DNA of 24,000 nucleotides from Mannheimia granulomatis (GTDB lineage Bacteria; Pseudomonadota; Gammaproteobacteria; Enterobacterales; Pasteurellaceae): NCBI RefSeq assembly GCF_011455695.1, contig NZ_CP015030.1, positions 1,825,716 to 1,849,715 of the forward strand, read 5' to 3'. Shown piece by piece: positions 1 to 6,008 of this stretch (position 1 is its first letter; each line of letters starts with the position of its first letter). The notes under the pieces were generated by a model. It saw only the letters and a program-made list of their open reading frames with translations, ran no database searches and was not told where the DNA came from. The position numbers and the translations under genes were made by a program.

Positions 1-118
1 AATTATCCTTGAATCTGCAATCCAAAAATGTTCATTCAGAGTCATCTTAATTCACACACCAAAATTTCCTTAAAATGAACAAAATTTCCCGATATTTTAC
101 TACAGTTGAAATAAGAAC

Positions 119-133
119 GCATAATGATTATGC
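119..133. promoter_or_regulatory. Perfect 7-1-7 palindrome GCATAAT-G-ATTATGC, resembling a Fur-type 7-1-7 operator core (ATAAT-N-ATTAT)
   Basis: Read directly. It lies between a leftward ATG at 45..43 and the dnaK promoter. The regulator assignment is a guess from its resemblance to the Fur consensus. Confidence 0.3.
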
Positions 134-166
134 AGACTTAGGTAAATTTATAGCCAAACTCACACA

Positions 167-175
167 ACAAGCGGT
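167..175 (+). repeat. Apl-type uptake signal sequence core ACAAGCGGT
   Basis: Exact 9-mer, followed by a T-rich tract and TTGCAA, as in other copies in the window. Confidence 0.85.
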
Positions 176-215
176 TATTTTTTGCAAAAATTTTACAATT
201 TTTTTTAATTCCCCT

Positions 216-244
216 CTTGAAGGCTTAAATTTTGCCCCTATTTA
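216..244 (+). promoter_or_regulatory. Sigma-32 (RpoH) heat-shock promoter of dnaK
   Basis: ttCCCCTCTTGAA (CTTGAA at 216-221), a 13-nt spacer, then CCCCTATTTA (235-244). This closely matches the sigma-32 consensus CCCTTGAA-N13-15-CCCCATNTA and sits about 70 nt upstream of the dnaK ATG. Confidence 0.6.
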
Positions 245-315
245 TGGTTTCGTCTAAGCGGGAATATTATCTCGCTTCTTTTTAAAAATGAATTTATAAC
301 TAGAGGAATCATAAA

Positions 316-2214
316 ATGGGTAAAATCATTGGTATTGACTTAGGTACAACAAACTCTTGTGTTGCAGTAATGGACGGCGACAAACCACGCGTAATTGAAA
401 ACGCAGAAGGTGCACGTACAACTCCGTCAATTATTGCTTATACCGATAAAGAAACATTAGTGGGTCAGCCGGCAAAACGTCAGGCGATCACTAACCCGAA
501 AAATACTTTATTTGCAATTAAACGTTTAATCGGTCGTCGTTTTAGCGATTCAGAAGTACAACGCGATATTGAAATTATGCCGTTTGAAATCAGCAAAGCA
601 GATAATGGTGATGCGTGGGTAACAGTAAAAGGTGAAAAATTAGCACCGCCACAAATCTCTGCTGAAATTTTGAAAAAAATGAAGAAAACCGCAGAAGATT
701 TCTTAGGTGAGCCGGTAACCGAAGCAGTAATCACTGTGCCTGCGTACTTTAACGATGCACAACGTCAAGCCACTAAAGATGCAGGGCGTATTGCAGGTTT
801 AGATGTTAAACGTATCATCAACGAACCAACAGCGGCAGCTCTTGCATACGGTTTAGATTCTAAGAAAGAGAACCAAACTATCGCAGTTTACGATTTAGGT
901 GGTGGTACATTCGATATTTCTATCATCGAAATCGACAACTTTGACGGCGAGCAAACCTTTGAGGTGCGTGCAACCAACGGTGACACTCACTTAGGGGGTG
1001 AAGACTTCGATAACCGTGTAATTAACTACTTAGTGGAAGAGTTCCAAAAAGAACAAGGTGTTGATTTACGCAACGACCCAATGGCGATGCAGCGTGTGAA
1101 AGAAGCGGCAGAAAAAGCGAAAATCGAGCTTTCTTCTGCACAAGAAACTGAAGTGAATCTTCCATACATCACCGCTGATGCAACAGGCCCGAAACACTTA
1201 AACATCAAAGTAACCCGTGCGAAATTAGAAGCACTAGTGGAAGATTTGGTAAACCGTTCATTAGAGCCGTTAAAAACAGCATTAGCAGATGCAGGCTTAT
1301 CGGTTGGTGAAATCAACGATGTGATCTTAGTGGGCGGTCAAACCCGTATGCCATTAGTACAGAAAAAAGTGGCAGACTTCTTCGGCAAAGAACCACGTAA
1401 AGACGTGAACCCGGATGAAGCGGTAGCAATTGGTGCGGCAGTACAAGGTGGTGTATTAAGCGGTTCTGTAACAGACGTATTATTATTAGACGTTACCCCA
1501 CTTTCATTAGGTATCGAAACAATGGGCGGCGTGATGACAACGCTTATCGAGAAAAACACCACGATCCCAACGAAAAAATCGCAAGTGTTCTCAACAGCGG
1601 AAGATAACCAAAGTGCAGTAACAATTCACGTTCTACAAGGTGAGCGTAAACGTGCGACGGACAATAAATCTCTAGGTCAATTCAACCTTGAAGGTATTAA
1701 CCCTGCACCACGTGGTATGCCACAAATTGAAGTAACTTTTGATATTGATGCTAACGGTATTATCAACGTATCAGCGAAAGATAAAAATACTGGTAAAGAG
1801 CAACAAATCAAAATCCAAGCATCTTCAGGCTTAAGCGATGAAGAAGTGGAACAAATGGTACGTGACGCGGAAGCTAACGCAGAAGCAGATAAGAAATTTG
1901 AAGAGTTAGTGCAAACCCGTAACCAAGCAGACGGTATCGCACACGCAACCCGCAAACAAATTTCCGAAGCAGGCGATGCGTTAAATGCAGACGATAAAGC
2001 TAAAATCGAAGCCGCTGTTGCAGAGTTAGAAACTGCTGCAAAAGGCGAAGACAAAGCTGATATCGAAGCGAAAATCGAAGCATTAATCAAAGCCTCAGAA
2101 CCGCTAATGCAAGCCGCTCAAGCAAAAGCCCAAGCCGGCGAGCAACCACAACAAGCTCAAAAAGATGATGGCGTGGTAGATGCGGAATTTGAAGAAGTGA
2201 AAGATAATAAATAA
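316..2214 (+). CDS. dnaK: Molecular chaperone DnaK (Hsp70)
   Basis: 632-aa ORF with an unmistakable Hsp70 sequence ([17 protein letters not shown], the C-terminal EEV motif region). An AGGA-type SD (gaggaatcataaaATG) precedes the start. Confidence 0.99.
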   Translation: MGKIIGIDLGTTNSCVAVMDGDKPRVIENAEGARTTPSIIAYTDKETLVGQPAKRQAITNPKNTLFAIKRLIGRRFSDSEVQRDIEIMPFEISKADNGDAWVTVKGEKLAPPQISAEILKKMKKTAEDFLGEPVTEAVITVPAYFNDAQRQATKDAGRIAGLDVKRIINEPTAAALAYGLDSKKENQTIAVYDLGGGTFDISIIEIDNFDGEQTFEVRATNGDTHLGGEDFDNRVINYLVEEFQKEQGVDLRNDPMAMQRVKEAAEKAKIELSSAQETEVNLPYITADATGPKHLNIKVTRAKLEALVEDLVNRSLEPLKTALADAGLSVGEINDVILVGGQTRMPLVQKKVADFFGKEPRKDVNPDEAVAIGAAVQGGVLSGSVTDVLLLDVTPLSLGIETMGGVMTTLIEKNTTIPTKKSQVFSTAEDNQSAVTIHVLQGERKRATDNKSLGQFNLEGINPAPRGMPQIEVTFDIDANGIINVSAKDKNTGKEQQIKIQASSGLSDEEVEQMVRDAEANAEADKKFEELVQTRNQADGIAHATRKQISEAGDALNADDKAKIEAAVAELETAAKGEDKADIEAKIEALIKASEPLMQAAQAKAQAGEQPQQAQKDDGVVDAEFEEVKDNK

Positions 2215-2231
2215 TCTTTCCCAGACCTGTA

Positions 2232-2257
2232 GGGGCGAAACATCTTTCGCCCCTTTT
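2232..2257 (+). terminator. Rho-independent terminator immediately after dnaK
   Basis: GGGGCGAAA-catc-TTTCGCCCC forms a 9-bp GC-rich stem and is followed by TTTT. Confidence 0.8.
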
Positions 2258-2262
2258 GCATA

Positions 2263-2289
2263 TAACCTAGCATAATCCGTGCTAGGTTA
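2263..2289. other. Perfect 10-bp stem hairpin (TAACCTAGCA-taatccg-TGCTAGGTTA) with no U-tract
   Basis: Read directly. It lies between the dnaK terminator and direct repeat 1. Function unknown. Confidence 0.5.
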
Positions 2290-2311
2290 CGCATAGCCCT
2301 CCGGCGCTGTG

Positions 2312-2343
2312 CAAGCGGTGATTTTTTAAGAAAATTTTGCAAA
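2312..2343 (+). repeat. 32-bp direct repeat copy 1 (CAAGCGGTGATTTTTTAAGAAAATTTTGCAAA), containing a one-off USS core (GCAAGCGGT)
   Basis: Identical 32/32 to 2780-2811. The flanks diverge immediately on both sides. Confidence 0.9.
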
Positions 2344-2353
2344 AGGTAACATT

Positions 2354-2779
2354 ATGAGCCGATACCTCATCACTTTCGATATGGACACCAATTGTCTAAA
2401 AGAAAACTACCACGGCAATACATTCAATAATGCCTATTACGATATTCGCAACGTATTGAAACAGCACGGCTTTGAAAATTTGCAAGGGAGCGTTTATTTA
2501 GGTAATGAAGGCATTAGTGAGGCTCATGGAACCATTGCAATTCAAGAGCTTACCGCAAAATTTAAGTGGTTTTACCCTTGTGTATCGAATATCAAATTTT
2601 ATCGGATTGAAAGTGATTTAAATGCAGATTTCATCGCCTACAACGTGCATAAAGCACGAGAAAAATTTGAAAAGCAGTTACAGGTTTTAGAACAAACATT
2701 AGTTGATACAGGTTTAAGCCGCATTCAAATTGATGAAATTCTGAAAAAGCAGGTGTTTAGTTTAGAAGAACAATCGTAA
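2354..2779 (+). CDS. vapD: VapD-family (Cas2-like fold) putative endoribonuclease with a ~45-aa C-terminal extension
   Basis: 141-aa ORF with an SD (aaaagg) 8 nt upstream. The N-terminal ~95 aa carry motifs I recall for VapD proteins: Y-L-I-T-F-D-M near the N-terminus, NAYYDIR, GF-x3-QGSVY, and WF..V..I..YRIE. Family assignment is from memory of H. influenzae and H. pylori VapD, not a search. Confidence 0.8.
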   Translation: MSRYLITFDMDTNCLKENYHGNTFNNAYYDIRNVLKQHGFENLQGSVYLGNEGISEAHGTIAIQELTAKFKWFYPCVSNIKFYRIESDLNADFIAYNVHKAREKFEKQLQVLEQTLVDTGLSRIQIDEILKKQVFSLEEQS

Positions 2780-2811
2780 CAAGCGGTGATTTTTTAAGAA
2801 AATTTTGCAAA
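2780..2811 (+). repeat. 32-bp direct repeat copy 2, containing a perfect USS core (ACAAGCGGT at 2779-2787)
   Basis: Identical 32/32 to 2312-2343. It starts the base after the vapD-like stop codon and ends at the A of the next ORF's ATG. Confidence 0.9.
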
Positions 2812-3113
2812 TGCTAAAACTCTATCCCACATCCGAAAACGTGCAAGCACCGTTCTATAAAATTTATGATCGGAAAACAACAAAAACGATTATTGCAACG
2901 GAAGTAGAAAACGGTCACACACCGATTTTAATAGAGGATTTTATTTGGTTTGAAACAATTCCAACCACAGAAGCCTTGCTGGCAGAAACTTGGGCGAACC
3001 TTGAAAACCGTTCTAAACAAGGTTTATTAAAGCGTGCTTATACGCTTGATTTTGAAAAACATCTGCCAGAAGGCAAAGTCGAGATTTATATTGCGGTGAA
3101 TCCGCATTGTTAA
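2811..3113 (+). CDS. Hypothetical protein (100 aa from the ATG at 2811; a TTG at 2805 is possible), with no family I recognise
   Basis: An open frame with a plausible globular composition, followed 20 nt later by a hairpin plus TTT (3134-3155). There is no clear SD, because the start lies inside the repeat. Confidence 0.5.
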   Translation: MLKLYPTSENVQAPFYKIYDRKTTKTIIATEVENGHTPILIEDFIWFETIPTTEALLAETWANLENRSKQGLLKRAYTLDFEKHLPEGKVEIYIAVNPHC

Positions 3114-3132
3114 GATAACCGGAGATCTAATC

Positions 3133-3303
3133 CCCCTCTTTAGAAAAGAGGGTTTAGGGGAGATTTGATTACGATTTCAAAATTTCGTATGAGCGTAAAT
3201 CACTTCTGCCACAAACGCTTGAGTTTGAACGTTGCTTTAGCAACGGCACATAGTGTGAGCGAAGCGAATAAATCTCCCCCTGCCCCTCTTTGCTAAAGAG
3301 GGG
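3133..3303. repeat. MITE-like or structured-RNA-like element: imperfect 33-34-bp terminal inverted repeats around a 103-bp core
   Basis: The left arm 3134-3166 is ccctctttagaaaagagggtttaggggagattt. The reverse complement of the right arm 3270-3302 is ccctctttagcaaagaggggcagggggagattt, giving 28/33 identical. Each arm also contains its own 8-9-bp hairpin (CCCTCTTT/AAAGAGGG), and the core holds the hairpin CGTTGC-ttta-GCAACG. Confidence 0.5.
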
Positions 3304-3312
3304 AGCAAAAAA

Positions 3313-3321
3313 ACAAGCGGT
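3313..3321 (+). repeat. Apl-type USS core ACAAGCGGT
   Basis: Exact 9-mer, 37 nt upstream of the dnaJ ATG. Confidence 0.85.
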
Positions 3322-3357
3322 CAAAAACATAAAAAAATTTACAAACACGGAAAAACT

Positions 3358-4494
3358 ATGGCGAAAAAAGATTATTACGAAGTCCTTGGGCTTGATAAAG
3401 GTGCGAGTGAGAAAGACATCAAACGAGCCTATAAACGTTTGGCGGCAAAGCACCACCCGGATAAAAACCAAGGCAGCAAAGAGTCGGAAGAAAAATTTAA
3501 AGAGATTACCGAAGCTTATGAAGTCTTAACCGACAGCGAGAAAAAAGCAATGTATGATCAATATGGTCACGCTGCTTTTGAACAAGGCGGTGGCAATGGC
3601 GGATTCGGAGGCTTCGGCGGTGGTGGTTTTGGCGGCTTTGAAGATATTTTTAGCGAAATGTTTGGTGGTGGTTTTGGTGGTGGCGGTCGCCGCAGCCGTG
3701 TGGTGCGTGGCGATGACTTACGTTACGACATTGAAATCACGCTAGAAGAAGCGGTAAAAGGCTGCAAAAAAGATATTCGTATCCAAACCTTAGCTGAATG
3801 TGATACCTGCCACGGTAGCGGGGCAGAAGCCGGTAGCAAGGTAGAAACCTGCTCCCACTGTCATGGCACAGGACGAATTCGGCGCCAGCAGGGCTTCTTT
3901 GTCACCGAAGCGGTCTGCCCAAGTTGTCATGGCACAGGTAAACGCATTGAAAAACCTTGTCGCACTTGCCACGGTGATGGTCGTGTACAAAAAGCGAAAA
4001 ATCTGTCTGTCACCATTCCGGCTGGAGTGGACACCGGCAACCAACTTCGCTTATCCGGCGAAGGGGCTGCAGGCGAAAATGGTGCACCGGCAGGCGATTT
4101 ATATGTGGTCATTCACGTTAAAGATCACGATATTTTTGAGCGTGACGGCTCAAATCTCTACTGCGAAGTGCCAATCAGCTTTACCCTTGCAGCATTGGGT
4201 GGCGAAATTGAAGTACCAACTTTAGACGGCAAGCTCAAACTTAAAATTCCGGCAGAAACCCAAACCGGCAAACTCTTCCGTGTGCGGGGTAAAGGCGTGC
4301 CTAGCCCTCGAGGCGGTTATGCAGGTGATTTAATCTGTAAAGTAGTTATTGAAACGCCGGTGAACTTAAATGATGAACAAAAAGCCTTATTACGTCAATT
4401 TGAAGAAAGTTTAGGCGGTAAAGGTAAACATCGCCCGAAACACGAAGGTTTTTTTGATGGGGTAAAAAAATTCTTTGATAATTTAGGGAAATAA
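3358..4494 (+). CDS. dnaJ: Co-chaperone DnaJ (Hsp40)
   Basis: 378 aa with a J-domain carrying HPD (KHHPDKN), a G/F-rich region, four CxxCxGxG zinc-finger repeats and a C-terminal substrate-binding domain. Confidence 0.98.
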   Translation: MAKKDYYEVLGLDKGASEKDIKRAYKRLAAKHHPDKNQGSKESEEKFKEITEAYEVLTDSEKKAMYDQYGHAAFEQGGGNGGFGGFGGGGFGGFEDIFSEMFGGGFGGGGRRSRVVRGDDLRYDIEITLEEAVKGCKKDIRIQTLAECDTCHGSGAEAGSKVETCSHCHGTGRIRRQQGFFVTEAVCPSCHGTGKRIEKPCRTCHGDGRVQKAKNLSVTIPAGVDTGNQLRLSGEGAAGENGAPAGDLYVVIHVKDHDIFERDGSNLYCEVPISFTLAALGGEIEVPTLDGKLKLKIPAETQTGKLFRVRGKGVPSPRGGYAGDLICKVVIETPVNLNDEQKALLRQFEESLGGKGKHRPKHEGFFDGVKKFFDNLGK

Positions 4495-4512
4495 ATTTAC
4501 CTTGCATTGGGA

Positions 4513-4533
4513 GGGGAGGGTTAAGCCCTCCCT
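4513..4533. terminator. GC-rich hairpin between the convergent genes dnaJ and yfiC (GGGGAGGG-ttaag-CCCTCCCT)
   Basis: The stem is read directly. Neither strand has a clear U-tract, so terminator function is uncertain. Confidence 0.35.
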
Positions 4534-4561
4534 CTACACATCATAATAGCAATTAGTACGC

Positions 4562-5272
4562 TTAAAAATTCAGATAGAAATCTTGCGTAAAAGTCTTAAA
4601 TTCTGCGGTATATTTATTCTCTGCATCGTAAATCACAATTTCTTTTTGCTTACAAGCTAGCGCTTGTAAACTAAAACTCACAATCATCCGCTTGGCAGGC
4701 TTACCTACTTTGGTACACACTTTCCATTCCTCAATACAATACAGATTAATTTGGCTACTTTGAGCAATAAGCCTTTGTGCAGCTCCTGTTGGTAAAATTA
4801 ACGTGATTCTGCCATGTTCAGACAACCAATTTTTCGCTTTTTTTAGCCAATCTAAATAAGTGTGAGACATAACAGCTCTCGCCAAATCCCTTTCTTCGCT
4901 TCGGCTCGCCAGGCTATCGGCAAAATAGGGTGGGTTACTCACAATTAAATCAAATTTAACCTCAAAGCTTTGTTGTATTACATCCCCCTGCCTGATCGTA
5001 ATACGCTTTGCCCATGCAGAATTTCGGGCATTTTCGACCGCTTGCAGATAGGCGTTAGGCTCTAATTCAACGCCGAATATTTGGCAATCAGCCTTGGTGC
5101 GTTGTGCTAGCATTATCGCCACTAAGCCGGAGCCTGTGCCTAAATCTAAAATCTGCCGACAGTTTTCAATGCAAGCAATTGCCCCAAGCAAAATTCCGTC
5201 TGTATTGACCTTCATCGCACATTTATCGTGCTGAATAAAAAACTGTTTAAATTGGAAACCTTTTGACATCAC
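4562..5272 (-). CDS. yfiC: tRNA1(Val) (adenine37-N6)-methyltransferase (YfiC/TrmN6)
   Basis: 236 aa with strong resemblance to E. coli YfiC as I recall it: FKQFF..HD.CAMKV.TDGILLGA, an SAM motif LDLGTGSGL, NPPY, and a C-terminal FYL. The start is the GTG at 5272 or the ATG at 5269. Confidence 0.85.
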   Translation of the reverse strand: MMSKGFQFKQFFIQHDKCAMKVNTDGILLGAIACIENCRQILDLGTGSGLVAIMLAQRTKADCQIFGVELEPNAYLQAVENARNSAWAKRITIRQGDVIQQSFEVKFDLIVSNPPYFADSLASRSEERDLARAVMSHTYLDWLKKAKNWLSEHGRITLILPTGAAQRLIAQSSQINLYCIEEWKVCTKVGKPAKRMIVSFSLQALACKQKEIVIYDAENKYTAEFKTFTQDFYLNF

Positions 5273-5280
5273 TTCATTTC

Positions 5281-5314
5281 AAAAAATAAAACCCCGATAG
5301 GAATTATCGGGGTT
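5281..5314 (-). terminator. Rho-independent terminator of dps
   Basis: AACCCCGATA-ggaat-TATCGGGGTT forms a 10-bp stem. On the - strand it is followed by TTATTTTTT. Confidence 0.8.
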
Positions 5315-5332
5315 AATGGCGATTATTGCAAA

Positions 5333-5839
5333 TTAGTTACAAGAGCAACCTTTTGAGTAATCTGAACATTCTGCACAAGCTGCAGTGAACATCCATACTA
5401 ATTTTTCCTGCTCTTTGATGTAGTCACTCATTTGAGAAGCAGTACCTTCATCATTCGCATCATTTGCAAGGTTAAGAATTTCACGTTGCTGTGCAAGCAA
5501 AGTTTTGAAACCGTCTAAAGTACCGCGTAAACACTCTTGAGCGGCTGAAACGCCGATATGTTCTTTAATTTTTGATTGTGTTAAATATTGGCTGAATGCA
5601 TTGTTTGGTGTATGGCCTAAAGTTAAAATACGTTCTGCAATTTCATCTACTTTAGCGACTAAATCATCATAAATTTCTTCAAACTTTGCGTGTAATTCAA
5701 AGAAATTCACGCCACGAACATTCCAGTGATAACCACGTACATTTGTATAAAACACCTGATAAGTTGCTAATAAACCGTTTAACTCATCTGCTAATTTTTT
5801 TGCGACTTCTCTATCTAAACCGATATTTGACATTGCCAT
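5333..5839 (-). CDS. dps: Dps-family DNA-protection/ferritin-like protein (homologous to the H. ducreyi FtpA-type Dps) with a Cys-rich C-terminal tail
   Basis: 168 aa with the Dps signature (YHWNVRG..F..LH..FEE.Y). SD is aagaggaa, 7 nt upstream. The tail is AACAECSDYSKGCSCN. Confidence 0.9.
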   Translation of the reverse strand: MAMSNIGLDREVAKKLADELNGLLATYQVFYTNVRGYHWNVRGVNFFELHAKFEEIYDDLVAKVDEIAERILTLGHTPNNAFSQYLTQSKIKEHIGVSAAQECLRGTLDGFKTLLAQQREILNLANDANDEGTASQMSDYIKEQEKLVWMFTAACAECSDYSKGCSCN

Positions 5840-5982
5840 AATATGTTCCTCTTATCTTATAGTTAAATTGAAATTAAGCCTCTGCTTAATTTGTATTGCT
5901 ATATTACTGCGCCAAACTTCAAATAGCAAATGATTATAATATATACGCTTGATAATTAAAATCAATTAACTATAAACATTCA

Positions 5983-5998
5983 AATGATAATAACTATT
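5983..5998. promoter_or_regulatory. Candidate Fur box (AATGATAATAACTATT) upstream of dps
   Basis: 13/16 matches to the AATGATAATCATTATC part of the Fur consensus. A second weaker site, AATGATTATAAT, lies at 5929-5940. Both were matched by eye only. Confidence 0.3.
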
Positions 5999-6008
5999 AA
6001 ATTTATTC

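Noticed and set aside
75-257. 60-aa ORF upstream of dnaK.
   Set aside because: It has no SD, a low-complexity AT-rich translation, and overlaps a USS element and the dnaK sigma-32 promoter. It is most likely a chance frame in intergenic DNA.
480-2342. Antisense ORFs inside and after dnaK (480-734, 1026-1316, 1338-1562, 1677-2090, 2157-2342).
   Set aside because: These are shadow frames opposite a highly expressed, codon-biased gene. Their translations are Ser/Ala/Thr-rich low-complexity sequence, and the last one runs through the dnaK terminator.
2312-2811. A Cas2-like gene plus 32-bp direct repeats might suggest a CRISPR locus.
   Set aside because: There are only two repeat copies, 468 bp apart, and the 'spacer' is the vapD-like gene itself. 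The repeat belongs to the USS element family. No cas1 or other cas genes are present, and VapD is a stand-alone Cas2-fold family.
3130-3150. Similarity between the left inverted-repeat arm (aatccccctctttagaa) and the dnaK sigma-32 -35 region (aattcccctcttgaagg), hinting at a second heat-shock promoter for dnaJ.
   Set aside because: No CCCCAT-like -10 follows at 13-17 nt on either arm or strand. The resemblance looks coincidental, since both are C-rich then T-rich.
3169-3529. ORFs 3169-3471 (-) and 3290-3529 (+), spanning the inverted-repeat element and the dnaJ 5' end.
   Set aside because: Both overlap the unambiguous dnaJ frame and run through hairpin or repeat DNA. Their translations are basic and low-complexity, with no SD.
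3554-4225. Alternative-frame ORFs inside dnaJ (3554-3745, 3790-4044, 3863-4225, 3927-4112), and the G/F-rich nucleotide repetition at about 3590-3690.
   Set aside because: The dnaJ frame explains the region. The GGTGG/GGCGG repetition simply encodes the canonical DnaJ Gly/Phe linker.
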